Of a stretch of DNA of 64,000 nucleotides, positions 50,608 through 62,920 are shown piece by piece. The stretch is from contig CAWHXD010000019.1 in assembly GCA_963833225.1 (NCBI GenBank), forward strand, positions 885,759-949,758. The letters run 5' to 3'. Position numbers and translations under genes: made by a program. The notes under the pieces are model-generated. The model did not search any database. It worked only from the letters and a program-made list of their open reading frames with translations, and was not told the DNA's origin. The number at the start of each line of letters is the position of its first letter. Positions within the stretch are counted from its first letter, which is position 1. This DNA comes from an uncultured Chloroflexia bacterium (GTDB lineage: Bacteria > Chloroflexota > Limnocylindria > Limnocylindrales > CSP1-4).

Positions 50608-52273
50608 ATGGATCTCCGCCGCCAGGCCCAGGTCGTCCGCGCGTGGCTGTGGCTGCTCATCGCCGGCGTCCTTCTGGCCGGTGGTTCCGCCTACCTGGTG
50701 TCGATCTCGCTGCCCAAGGTCTACGAGGCGCAGGTGACGCTCCTCGTCGGCGAGTCGAGCTCCTCGTCGAGCGTCAACTACAACGACCTGCTGGCCAGCC
50801 AGCGGATCTCGCAGACCTTTGCAGACCTCGCGACCACCGGGCGCATCCTGGACCCGGTGATCGCGGACGCCGGCCTGGATACGACAACGGAAGAATTCCG
50901 CAAGCTCGTGACGGCCACGGCGGCGCGCGACTCCACCCTGGTCACGGTCGCGGTGAAAGACGGGGACCCCGGGCGGGCCGCTGACCTCGCTGCCGCGATC
51001 GCCGAGAAGATGAAGGCCGAATCGGACGCCGTCTTTGGTCGCAACGACGGGGTCCAGGCATTCATCGCGGGCCAGGTCGAGGCCACCCAGCTGCAGATCA
51101 CGGACACCCAGGCCGAGATCGATCGGCTCGCGGGCCTGCCGTCGCGCACGACGGCGGACGAGCAGCAGCTGACGGCGCTCAAGTCCCAGGCGGCCAGCCT
51201 GCGCGCATCGTACGCCGCGCTCGTGGGGCTCGCCGGGTCCGCCACGAACGCCATCACCGTGGTTGATCCCGCTACGCCGCCCACGGAACCCGCCTCGCCA
51301 CGCGTGCTCCTCAACACCCTGCTCGCCATGATCCTGGGGCTCCTCATCGCCCTTGGGATCGCGTTCGTCATGGACTACCTGGACGACACCGTGAAGTCGT
51401 CGGAGGACGTCGAGGAGGTCACCGGGCTGCCCACGCTGGGCACCATCCTCAAGATGCGGACTGAGAAGGGCCGCAGCGAGATCTACCAGCTCGCCACCAT
51501 CCTCTACCCGCGCGGACCGGCCGCGGAGGCGTACCGCACCCTGCGAACCAACCTCGCCTTCGCGTCCGTGGATGCGCCCATCCGGACGCTCCTGGTGACC
51601 AGCTCCATCCCCGGCGAAGGCAAGACCACCACCTCGGGCAACCTCGCCGTGGCCTTCGCGCAGGCGGGCCGGAAGGTGATCCTCCTGGACGCGGACCTGC
51701 GCAAGCCCGGTATCAACGGGCTGTTCGTCATGCAGAACAGCTGGGGCCTCACGACGCTCCTGGCCAGCGAAGAGGCCACCATCGACGACGTCGCGCAGCT
51801 CACCGAGCAGGAGAACCTGCGGGTCATCACCACCGGGCCGCTCCCACCCAACCCGGCGGAGCTGCTCGGCTCCCAGCGGATGCGCAGCATCCTGGAGCGC
51901 CTCGCGGCGGACGCGGACCTGGTGATCGTGGACAGCCCGCCGCTCCAGGCCGTCACCGACGCCGCCATCTTGGCCTCCATCACGGACGGGACGCTGATGG
52001 TCATCGACAGCGGCCGCACCCGCCGCGCCGCGACCCAGCACGGCCGCGAGGCCCTGGCGAAAGCGGATGCGCGGGTCCTGGGCGTGGCGCTCAACCGGAT
52101 GTCGGCGCGGTCCGGGAACGAGTACGTCTACTACGACTACTACGGCAGCAAGGGGAAGGACGCCCCGGCCGCAGCGGCGGGGGCAGCGAAGGCCTGCGGC
52201 GGCGGCCGGCACCACTGGCGGGCTGACCGAGCCGCGACGACGACCGGCCACCGATGCGCGTCCTGGTCCATGA
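50608..52273 (+). CDS. Polysaccharide chain-length regulator / BY-kinase fusion (Wzc/CpsCD-like); end uncertain because of a frameshift
   Basis: PKVYEA, EAYRTLRTN, PGEGKTT, DADLRKP, VDSPP and Tyr cluster EYVYYDYY. Confidence 0.9.
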
Positions 52274-53530
52274 CTACGCGGGCCATCCGTTCCAGGTTCA
52301 GCTGTCCCGGGAGCTCGCCCGTCGCGGGCATGACGTGCTGCATCTTCACTTCGGCGGCGCCCAGACGCCGAAAGCGGCGCTGGTCAGACATCCGCAGGAC
52401 CCACCATCGTTCAGCCGTCGAGCCGATCGAGCTGGGCCGGCCGTTCTCGAAGCAACACTCGTCCGGCGGCTGCTCCAAGAGCGGCAGTTGGCCGAATTCT
52501 GGCCAACCGGATCATGGACTTCGATCCAGATGTCGTGATCTCTGCCAACGCGCCCCTCGATGTCCAGGCCGCAGGCACAGCGCGCCGCCCGTCGCGACAA
52601 CGCGGCGTTCGTGTTCTGGCTGCAGGACATCTACTCAGAAGCGATCGACCGGCATCTTCGTCGCAGGCTCGCGCTCGTCGGGCATCTCATCGCGCTGCGG
52701 TTCATCGCCCTCGAGCGCCGGCTGCTTCGGCGCGCGGAGGCAGTGGTAGCGATCACCGATGACTTTCGGCCGTTTCTGGATCGCTGGGGAGTTGAGCCCG
52801 AGCGAGTTGTCACGATCGAGAACTGGGCGCCGCTGGACGATATCGGCCCGCGGCCAAAGGCGAACCCCTGGGCTCGTGAGCACGATCTCGACAGCCGCCC
52901 GGTGATCCTCTACTCGGGGACGCTCGGACTGAAGCACGATCCATCTCTGCTACTCGAGATTGCGAAGACGACTGGAGGTCCGAACTGCCGGAGGGGCGGC
53001 TTGTTGTGGTTTCGGAGGGCCTCGGCGCGGACTGGCTTCGCGAGCACGGCGATGGCGTCCAGACCCTGGTGCAGCTACCGTTCCAGCCGTACGAGAACCT
53101 CGCGGACGTCATCGGAACCGCGGACATCGTGGTAGCGATCCTGGAGCCCGACGCCGGTGCCTTCTCTGTGCCGTCGAAGGTGCTGACCTACCTCGCGGCG
53201 GCGCGACCGATTGTGGCGGCGGTCCCACGCGAGAACCTCGCGGCTCGGCTCATCATCGAAAGTGGGGCGGGCATGGTGGTGCCCCCAGGCGACCCGGGTG
53301 GCCTGTCTGCCGCCTGCATCGACCTCCTGACCCGTGGCGACGACCGCACCGTCATGGGTGAAGGCGGCCGCGCCTATGCGGAATCCGAGTTCGAGATCAA
53401 CCACATCGCCGATCAGTTCGAGGCGCTGCTCAAGGCTATCGGAGACCGCGCGGCAACGGCTCCGCGATCGGATGTCTGGCCGGCCGATCCCAACAGCGAC
53501 ACAAGCCCGCGAAGGCTCCGGAAGGCATGA
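52254..53530 (+). CDS. Glycosyltransferase family 4 (frameshifted)
   Basis: MRVLVHDYAGHPF, WLQDIY, YSGTLGLKH and PSKVLTYLAAARPI motifs. Confidence 0.85.
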
Positions 53531-54299
53531 TGGACACCGACGGGCCCGGGACCGACCAGCGGGCATACTACGCCGCCACGGCGGAGCGGTACGAGGCCGA
53601 TCACATGCATGACGGCGATGAGCATGACCTCGCCCTCCGGCACATTGCCTTCTACCTCGAGTGGATCAGCGCTCGCTCCGTGCTGGACACGGGCTGCGGC
53701 ACGGGTCGGGCACTGCGGTTTCTCCGTGAGGCCCTCCCGAATGCCTCGGTGAGAGGGAACGATCCGTCACCGGAACTCCTGGCGATCGCCGTCCGAGACC
53801 ATGGTGTTCCGGCGGAGGTTCTCGATTGCTGCTCCAGCGATAGGCTCCCCTACGAGGACTCGAGCTTCGACGCCGTCGTCGCTACAGGTGTTCTCCATCA
53901 CGTCGCCGATCCAGGAAAGGTCGTTGCGGAGATGCTGCGGGTGGCGAGACTCGCCGTCTTCATCTCTGACAGCAACATCTACGGTCAGGGCGGTCGCATC
54001 TCGAGTCTCGTGAAGCGCCTGCTCGCATCCGCTCACTTGCTGAGACCCGTCAACTGGGTGAGACGCGGTGGACACGCCTTGTTTACACGCCGGGCGACGG
54101 GATCGCCTACAGCTACAGCGTTTTTGACTCCGTCCGACAGCTGAGGGACTCCTGTCCGCAGGTCGTCGTCATCCCCACACGTGCCTCGGGGATGACCGGT
54201 GGCTGCCCTATGACCGTGAGCTCCCATTGTCTCGTTGGCGCATTCAAGACCGACCTCGCTAGCTCCCGCGACATCGCCGCGCGGCAAACGGAGTTGTGA
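53527..54299 (+). CDS. Class I SAM-dependent methyltransferase (frameshift ~54085)
   Basis: VLDTGCGTG, LPYEDSSFD and VLHH motifs. Confidence 0.85.
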
Positions 54300-55840
54300 C
54301 CACGTCGCCGCAACGGATCCCTCTGCAAGGCCGCCCACTGTTCTGGCCATCGGCGGTGCATCGATGGTCCTCATTGGAGCCACGATCGCGCTCAGCGATG
54401 CGCCGCTCCTCTCAGCCGTCATCGCCGGGTGTGCGTTGGCTCTGCCGCTGTTCGTTCGGTCGAGCGCTCGAGCTTGGCTTGGCGTGCTCGCGTGCGTCAT
54501 CGCCCTCGACGGCGTCCTCAAGCTGGCCTTCTGGCCCAGTATCTGGCCCAACTCATCGCACCGGTCGTCCTGTGTTGCGTCTACGTGCGGACACTCGTCG
54601 TCCGTAGCGACCTCACCTGGCTTGAGTCCGCGAGCATTCCCCTTGTCGGACTGGGTCTGCTGACCGCGCTATGCCTGTTCAGCATGCTCGTTCAGAGCCA
54701 GCCAAACGTCTCGGCAGGTGCGGTGGGCATCTACACGTGGGTGGCCTTTGCGCCGCTGGCCTGGGCGGCGCCACGATGCTGGGCGAGCGAAGGCACCTCG
54801 AGCGCGCAATCTGGTTGTGCTGACACTGTCCATCCCGATTGCCGCCGCGGCCGCGGTTCAATACGTTCTCGGCGCAGTCTGGTACTCGAGCCTAGGCCCA
54901 GGGTTTGCCCAGGCCACGATTGGCGTTGCAGGGTTCTCTGGTGAGGGCGTATTCCGGGTCAACGGGACGTTCAGTTCTCCCGGTCACCTCGCTGGGTTCA
55001 TGATCCCGGTCACCTTCCTGGCCGTTTCCGCGATCATTGCGGGTGACTCGCGATCGACTCGCTGGGCCGGAGGCATCGGACTGCTCGCAAGCGCGGTGGC
55101 CCTGTTCGCCAACAATCAGCGATCCTGGGTGGTGATCATCGTAGTGGGCATGCCGATCCTCTTCCTGATGACCAAGTCGACCGTGAGGGCAGGCCGACCG
55201 GCTTCGCATGGGCGCGATCGCACTTGGGGGCTTGTCGATCGGCGCCATTCTGCCGGGCCCGCACTGATGGATCGCGTGCTGACGATCGTGGTCGATCCAG
55301 TCCAGGTTGTCTTGGGTAGCACCCTCGGAGATTTCGGGGTGCTGAAGCTCGCGTCGACGATTGACGCTGGGACACTCGTGGGTAACGGGCCAGGGACCGC
55401 CACCATCGGCGCTCGCTATTTCGGTCCGATCTGGGAGCTGACGGAGAACATCTTCGCAAACGCCTACTACGAAGTGGGTCTGCTCGGATGGGTGGCCATA
55501 TCCGTGGCTATCCTTCCGTTCCATTCATCGCGCTTCGCGCATGGAGGGCCGAGCCCGACCCATTCGTACGAACCTGCCTGGCGGCGACATTCGTGTATCA
55601 GGCTGCAATCATCGTTCTCTCGATCTCGTACTCACCGCTGGCGTATCCACCGAGCGCGTTGTTCTTCTGGATCGGTGGCGGCGTTGCTGCGGCTCGCCTC
55701 GCGGCCTCGAATTGGATGAGGACCAGGGGTGGAGTCGAGGGGGCGGTCGCCCGCTCATCGCCGTTGAGCTCAGGCGCATTCGGACATGGCCGTCGGGCCT
55801 GACTGCCCGGGCGACATGGCCGATTGACGGTGAGCTCTGA
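54296..55840 (+). CDS. Wzy/O-antigen ligase-like polytopic membrane protein (frameshifted)
   Basis: Many TM segments; RVNGTFSSP, GNGPGT and EN...YEVGLLG motifs. Confidence 0.7.
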
Positions 55841-56963
55841 TGCGCGTCCTGCTATATCCCGCTTCTTCGCGCCGGGAGCAGGAGGCCTTGTGACGTTCAC
55901 AGACGGCCTGGCCAGGAATTCGGCACGCTGGGCGTGACGGTGCGCCTGGCGACGGCAACCGCCGATACCTCTTTGGTCCACAGGCCGTGGCGAGTTCATT
56001 GGGCGGTGACAGCGCGCGAGCTCATTCGGCTCTGTCGCTGGGCAGATGTCATTCACATGAACGGATTCCGCGCCGCGGTGGTCGGTGCCGCCTTGCTTGC
56101 TCGCCACCCAGTTGTCTGGAAACTACACGCACGATATTCGTTCTGTCCGACCGGGCTGGGGTGGTGGCGCGGTCAGGATCGGCCATTCTCCCCAATGCAG
56201 TGTTGGGCGTGTCTCCGAGATCGCGGTTTCGATGCGCCATCCGCAAGACATCGCATGGCAGCTACGGTTGTGCGCCATGTTTCGTCTCGGTTGGTCGCGG
56301 AACACACCACCGTGACGCGGTACATGAAGGACCGGCTGGAACTGGTGGCGGCAACCGTGGTGCCCATTGGCGTTTCAGCGAATCCTGGCGGCAGAAGCGA
56401 GGTCACCGCCACCCCGAGCGATTTTTTCAGAGTGGTCTACTCGGGCCGTCTGATTCCCGAGAAGGGAGTGGATGTTGCGATCCGTGCGATTGCCCGGGCT
56501 CGTCAAAACGGTCTGGACGCTCGGCTGGAAGTCGTGGGCGATGGCCCTGAGCGGTCCGTCCTCGAGGGCCTTGCCAGCCGTGAGCTGCCGCCGTCCGCTG
56601 TGGCGTTCACGGGTCAACTGGAGCCCGATCTCGCGCTTGCTCGGATGCAGTCCGCCGATGCTGTCATCGTCCCTTCGGTCTGGAGTGAGCCAGCAGGCTA
56701 TGTGGTGATTGAGGCTATGGCCCAGGGGGTTCCTGTGATTGCGGCAAAAACGGGTGGCATTCCCGAGATCGCGAGAGGGGCCGCACTTCCTCGTCGAGCG
56801 AGGAGACCCCGACGCATTCGCGAATGCGCTGCTGGGGTTGGCAACGAACCCTGGACTCGGGGAAGCCTTGATCACGAAGGGTAGAGCTACGGCCCAGGCA
56901 TATTCAGCCGAGTCGATGGCTGGGGAATACCTGAAAGTCTACCGTCGGGCGCTCGGACGCTAG
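55840..56963 (+). CDS. Glycosyltransferase family 4 (frameshifted)
   Basis: GRLIPEKG, GDGPER and PSVWSEPAGYVVIEAMA motifs. Confidence 0.87.
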
Positions 56964-57108
56964 GCGGCGGTTTGCGGCCCTCGCAGGTCACCAGGACAGC
57001 GGCAGCGGAGGAGGCAGGATCTGTGCCCGATACTCGATCTGGCTTTGGTTCACCGAGTGTAGGCACCGGCCTGTTGCTCCAGTCGGGTCAGGGGACGAGT
57101 GGTCGACT

Positions 57109-57910
57109 GTGACCACCTCACTGGACCGAATCCGACGAGTCATCAAGGCCGCGCAGGTCAGCGATGCCGTCGCATTCGCCGCTCGGCACCGATCGGAGTC
57201 TTGGCAAGCCCGTCTTCTACGACATTGGAGGCCGCGGCGGCTCTTGCACAAGCGATGGCGGGTTGCTGACAGGTTGGGGCTGGTCCAGTCGTTCCTCTTT
57301 GAGCCAGATCCCCTGGAGCGCAAACGTTTGGCGCAAACCTACGGGGGACTCGCGGGTGATCGGCGGCGCAGTGGGCGACAACGATGGCAAGGCCACGCTC
57401 TATGTGACCGCGGAACCCGGCTGCTCGTCACTCTTACGGCCTGACGATGAGTCACTCGAGGCGTTGGGCCTGTCGGAGGGCCGGGAAATCGTTGCCGAGC
57501 TGCCCGTGACGACGAACAACGGCTCGATACGGACGATCTCTAAGGCCGGCCTAATACCGGTCTCCACCTTCCTCAAGATCGATGTTTCAGGGCTTCGAGA
57601 AGCACGTCCTCGACGGCATGGGCAGCGCGATCGAAGGTGTGGTCGCGATCGAAATCGAGTCACGTCTTGTGAGTGCATACCGTGGGGAGACATTGCTTCC
57701 CGAGATGTACGAAACGCTCAGGCGAGCGGGTTTCGGGCTCCTGGCCGAGCGTCCACTTGGTCCCACGGATGGTTCAATCGTGGAGGTGAACGCTACTTCG
57801 CGCGAATTCCCTCACGTCTGTCAGACCGCAGCTCGCGCGTCCAGCGTGTCTTCTGGCGCAAGCTCATGGGGCTTCCGACGCATCGGGCCCTCATCTTAAC
57901 CTCGTCGTGA
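57109..57910 (+). CDS. FkbM family methyltransferase (frameshifted)
   Basis: YDIGGRGG, FEP, SSLL and LKIDVQGFE; nearly intact in the mirror copy 59281..60120. Confidence 0.82.
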
Positions 57911-57945
57911 CGATTTGTGAACGGCTCGTCGAGACAGCTGTCAAC

Positions 57946-58616
57946 ATGTTCGTGACTGCCTTCGTGGGCGACTAGGTTGGCACGCCTCGCGCTCGTCCTC
58001 ACCCTCCTCCAGTTGGCCGCGTCGGCGGCCACCTTCCTGCAGCAGGTGTTCATCGCCCGGGTGCTCGGCGCGACCGAACAGACGGATGGGTACCAGATCG
58101 CGCTAGCGATCGTGCTATTCCTCCTGCAGGGCGTGGTCATGGGCGCCCTCGTGAATGCCTTCGTGCCTCATCTGGCGAGGCTGACTCGCGAGGACGCTGG
58201 AGGCGCGCGTCACTACTCGTTCTGGGCGCAACTCAACATGTTCGTCGCCGCGTCGTTCGGCACGATCCTGCTGTGGATCGTGGCTCCGGATGTGGTGAGC
58301 TGGACGACTTCCGGATTGTCGCCTACCGCACGCTCCTGGGCGGTTGAGAGCCTCCGCATCATGGTTGTCGCAACTCCGCTCGTGGCCATCAGCGGTGTGT
58401 ACGCATCCGCCCTGTACGCGTCAGGGGACCTGAAGTACGTTGCTGTCGCCCAGCTCGCCCAGAACACCATCGCTGCGTTGTTCTCAGTCGTCGGATACAT
58501 CGCCATTGGCTTTGTTGCACTGCCGATCTCGCTGGTGCTAGGTGCGGCCGTTGCGTGCCTTGCGCTGCTCGGGCGACTTCACGGACTCTCCCTCACACCG
58601 AAACCCAACTGGCGGC
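57946..58616 (+). CDS. MurJ/MviN-like flippase, N-terminal part only (cut at the fold-back axis)
   Basis: QQVFIARVLGATEQTDGY...AFVP MOP-superfamily N-terminus; TM helices. Confidence 0.7.
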
Positions 58617-58617
58617 A

Positions 58618-59290
58618 CGCCAGTTGCAGTCTCGGTGCGAGGGAGAGTCCGTGAAGTCGCCCGAGCAGCGCAAGGCACGCCACGGCCGCACCTAGCACCA
58701 GCGAGATCGGCAATGCAACAAAGCCAATGGCGATGTATCCGACGACTGAGAACAACGCAGCGATGGTGTTCTGGGCGAGCGGGGCGACAGCAACGAACTT
58801 CAGGTCCCCTGACGCGTACAGGGCGGATGCGTACACACCACTGACGGCCACGAGCGGAGTTGCGACAACCATGATGCGGAGGCGCTTCAACCGCCCAGAA
58901 GCGTGCCGTGGGCGACAATCCGGCAGTCGACCAGCCGACCACATCCGGAGCGACGATCCACAGCAGGATGGTGCCGAACGACGCGGCGACGAACATGTTG
59001 AGTTGCGCCCAGAACGAGTAGTGACGCGCGCCTCCAGGGTCCTCGCGAGTCAGCCTCGCCAGGTGAGGCACGAAGGCGTTCACGAGGGCGCCCATGATCA
59101 CGCCCTGCAGGAGGAATAGCACGATCGCCAGCGCGATCTGGTACCCATCCGTCTGTTCGGTCGCGCCGAGCACCCGGGCGATGAACACCTGCTGCAGAAA
59201 GGTGGGCCGCCGACGCGGCCAACTGGAGGAGGGTGAGGACGAGCGCGAGACGTGCCAACCGTAGTCGCCCACGAAGGCAGTCACGAACAT
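58618..59290 (-). other. Mirror copy of the flippase 5' part
   Basis: Same peptides as ORF 57977..58654. Confidence 0.7.
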
Positions 59291-59326
59291 GTTGACCGCT
59301 GTCTCGACGAGCCGTTGGACGAATTG

Positions 59327-60120
59327 TCACGACGAGGTAGAGATGAGGGCCCGATGCGTCGGAAGCCCCGACCAAGCTTGCGCCAGAAGACACGCTGGAC
59401 GCGCGAGCTGCGGTCTGACAGACGTGAGGGAATTCGCGCGAAGTACGCGTTCACCTCCACGATTGACCCGTCCGTGAGACCAAGTGGACGCTCGGCGAGG
59501 AGTCCGAAACCCGCTCGCCTGAGCGTTTCGTACATCTCGGGAAGCAATGTCTCCCCACGGTATGCACTCACAAGACGTGACTCGATTTCGATCGCGACCA
59601 CACCTTCGATCGCGCTGCCCATGCCGTCGAGGACGTGCTTCTCGAAGCCCTGAACATCGATCTTGAGGAAGGTGGGGGCCGGGATCAGCCCCTCAGAGAT
59701 CATTGAGTCGAGCCGTCTCGTCGTCACGGGCAGCTCGGCAACGATTTCCCGGCCCTCCGACAGGCCCAACGCCTCGAGTGACTCATCGTCAGGCCGCAGG
59801 AGTGACGAGCAGCCGGGTTCCGCGGTCACATAGAGCGTGGCCTTGCCATCGTTGTCGCCCACTGCGCCGCCGATCACCCGCGAGTCCCCGTAGGTTTGCG
59901 CCAAACGTTTGCGCTCCAGGGGATCTGGCTCAAAGAGGAACGACTGGACCAGCCCCAACCTGTCAGCCACCCGCCATCGCTTGTGCAGACCGCCGCGGCC
60001 TCCAATGTCGTAGAAGACGGGCTTGCCAGTCTCCGATCGGTGCCGAGCGGCGAATGCGACGGCATCGCTGACCTGCGCGGCCTTGATGACTCGTCGGATT
60101 CGGTCCAGTGAGGTGGTCAC
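59327..60120 (-). other. Mirror copy of the FkbM methyltransferase
   Basis: ORF 59281..60120 matches 57109-57910. Confidence 0.75.
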
Positions 60121-60265
60121 AGTCGACCACTCGTCCCCTGACCCGACTGGAGCAACAGGCCGGTGCCTACACTCGGTGAACCAAAGCCAGATCGAGTATC
60201 GGGCACAGATCCTGCCTCCTCCGCTGCCGCTGTCCTGGTGACCTGCGAGGGCCGCAAACCGCCGT

Positions 60266-61390
60266 CTAGCGTCCGAGCGCCCGACGGTAGACTGTCAGGT
60301 ATTCCCCAGCCATCGACTCGGCTGAATACGCCTGGGCCGTAGCTCTACCCTTCGTGATCAAGGCTTCCCCGAGTCCAGGGGTCGTTGCCAACCCCAGCAG
60401 CGCATTCGCGAATGCGTCGGGGTCCCCTCGGCTCTATGAGGAAGCGCGGCCCCTCTCGCGATCTCGGGAATGCCACCCGTTTCTGCCGCAATCACAGGAA
60501 CCCCCATGGCCATAGCCTCAATCACCACATAGCCGGCTGGCTCACTCCAAACCGAAGGGACGATGACAGCATCGGCGGACTGCATCCGAGCAAGCGCGAG
60601 ATCGGGCTCCAGTTGACCCATGAACGCGACAGCGGACGGCGGCAGCTCACGGCTGGCAAGGCCCTCGAGGACGGACCGCTCAGGGCCATCGCCCACGATT
60701 TCCAGCCGAGCGTCCAGACCGTGTTGACGAGCCAGGGCAATCGCACGGATCGCAACATCCACTCCCTTCTCAGGGATCAGACGGCCCGAGTAGACCACTC
60801 TGAACGAATTGCTCGGGGTGGCGATGACCTCGCTTCTGCCACCAGGATTTGCTGAAACGCCAAGGGGCACCACGGTTGCCGCCACCAGTTCCAGCCGGTC
60901 CTTCATGTACCGCGTCACGGTGGTGTGTTCCGCGACCAACCGAGACGAAACATGGCGCACAACCGTAGTCGTCATGCGATGCCTTGCGGATGGCGCATCG
61001 AAACCACGATCTCGGAGACACGCCCAACACTGCATTGGGGGCAAATGACCGATCCTGACCGCGCCACCACCCCAGCCCGGTCGACAGAATGAATACTCGT
61101 GATGCGTCCAGACAACTGGGTGGCGAGCAAGCAAGGCGGCACCGACCACCGCGGCGCGGAATCCGTTCATGTGAATGACATCTGCCCAGCGACAGAGCCG
61201 AATGAGCTCGTGCGCCGTCACCGCCCAATGAACTCGCCACGGCCTGTGTACCAAAGAGGTATCGGCGGTTGCCGTCGCCAGGCGCACCGTCACGCCCATC
61301 GTGCCGAGATCTCGCGGCCAGGCCGTCTGTGAACGTCACAAGGCCTCCTGCTCCCGGCGCGAAGAAGTGGGAGTAGAGCAGGACGCGCAT
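60266..61390 (-). other. Mirror copy of the GT4 gene
   Basis: ORFs 60358..61299 and 60770..61390 match 55840-56963. Confidence 0.75.
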
Positions 61391-62920
61391 CAGAGCTCAC
61401 CGTCAATCGGCCATGTCGCCGGGGCGGTCACGGCCCGACCGCCATGTCCGAATGCGCTTGAGCTCAACGGCGATGAGCGAGCGACCGCCCCCTCGACTCC
61501 ACCGCTCGTCCTCATCCGATTTTGAGGCCGCGAGGCGAGCCGCAGCAACGCCGCCACCGATCCAGAAGAACAAAACGCGCTCGGTGGATACGCGAGCGGT
61601 GAGTACGAGATCGAGAGAACGATGATGGCAGTCTGATACACGAACGTCGCTGCCAGACAGGTTCGTACGAGTGGGTCGTGCTCGGCCCTCCATGCGCGGA
61701 AGCGCGATGAATGGAACCGGAAGAATAGCCATGGATATGGCCACCCATCCGAGCAGACCCACTTCGTAGTAGGCGTTCGCGAAGTAGTTCTCCGTCAGCT
61801 CCCAGATCGGCCCCAAAGTAGCGAGCGCCGATGGTGGCGGTCCCGGGACCGTTACCCACGAGTGTCCCAGCGTCAATCGTCGATGCGAGCTTCAGCACCC
61901 CGAAATCTCCGAGGGTGCTACCCAAGACAACCTGGACTGGATCGACCACGATCGTCAGCACGCGATCCATCAGTGCGGGCCCGGCAAGAATGGCGCCGAT
62001 CGACAAGCCCCCAAGTGCGATCGCGCCCAGGCGAAGCCATCGGCCTGACCTCACGGTCGACTTGGTCATCAGAAAGAGGAGCGGCATGCCACGAGACCAC
62101 CACCACCCAGCATCCTCATTGTTGGCGAACAGGGCCACTGCGCCTGCGAGCAGCCCGATGCCTCCTGCCCGGCGAGTCGATCGCGAGTCGCCCGAATGAT
62201 CGCGGAACGGCGAGAAGGTGACCGGGACCATGAACCCAGCGAGGTGACCGGAGAACTGAACGTCCCGTTGACCCGGAATACGCCGACCAGAGAGCCCTGC
62301 AACGCCATGGTGGCCTGGGCGAACCTGGGCCCAGGCTCGGGTACCAGACTGCGCCGAGAACGTATTGAACTGCGGCCGCGGGACAACGATACAGTGTCAG
62401 CAGAAGCCAGATCGCGCGCTCGAGCTGCCTCCGCTCGCCAAGCATCGTGGCGCCGACCCAGGCCAGCGGCGCAAAGGTCATCGACGTGAAGATGCCCACG
62501 GACCGGCCAAGACGTTTGGCTGGCCTGAAGAGCATGCTGAACAGGCAAGCACGGTCAGCAGACCCAGCCCGACAAGGGGAAATGCTCGCGGACTCAAGCC
62601 AGGCCAGGCCGTGCGGACGACAAGTGTCGCATAGAGATGCAACACAGGACGACGGTGCGATGAGTGCGGCCAGAGACTGGGCCAGAAGGCCGGCTTGAGG
62701 ACGCCGTCGAGGGCGATGACGACGCGAGCACGCCAAGCCAAGCTCGAGCGCTCGACCGAACGAACAGCGGCAGAGCCAACGCACACCCGGCGATGACGGC
62801 TGAGAGGAGCGGCGCATCGCTGAGCGCGATCGTGGCTCCAATGAGGACCATCGATGCACCGCCGATGGCCAGAAACAGTGGGCGGCCGTGCAGAGGGATC
62901 CGTTGCGGCGACGCGGCCAC
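61390..62920 (-). other. Mirror copy of the Wzy-like gene (more degraded)
   Basis: Shared peptides, e.g. MDRVLTIVVDPVQVVLGSTLGDFG. Confidence 0.7.

Noticed and set aside
1-58616. Programmed frameshifting or mass pseudogenisation
   Set aside because: Breaks are patchy, hit ordinary genes such as mscL and the NagD-like gene, and differ between the two mirror copies, consistent with sequencing error.
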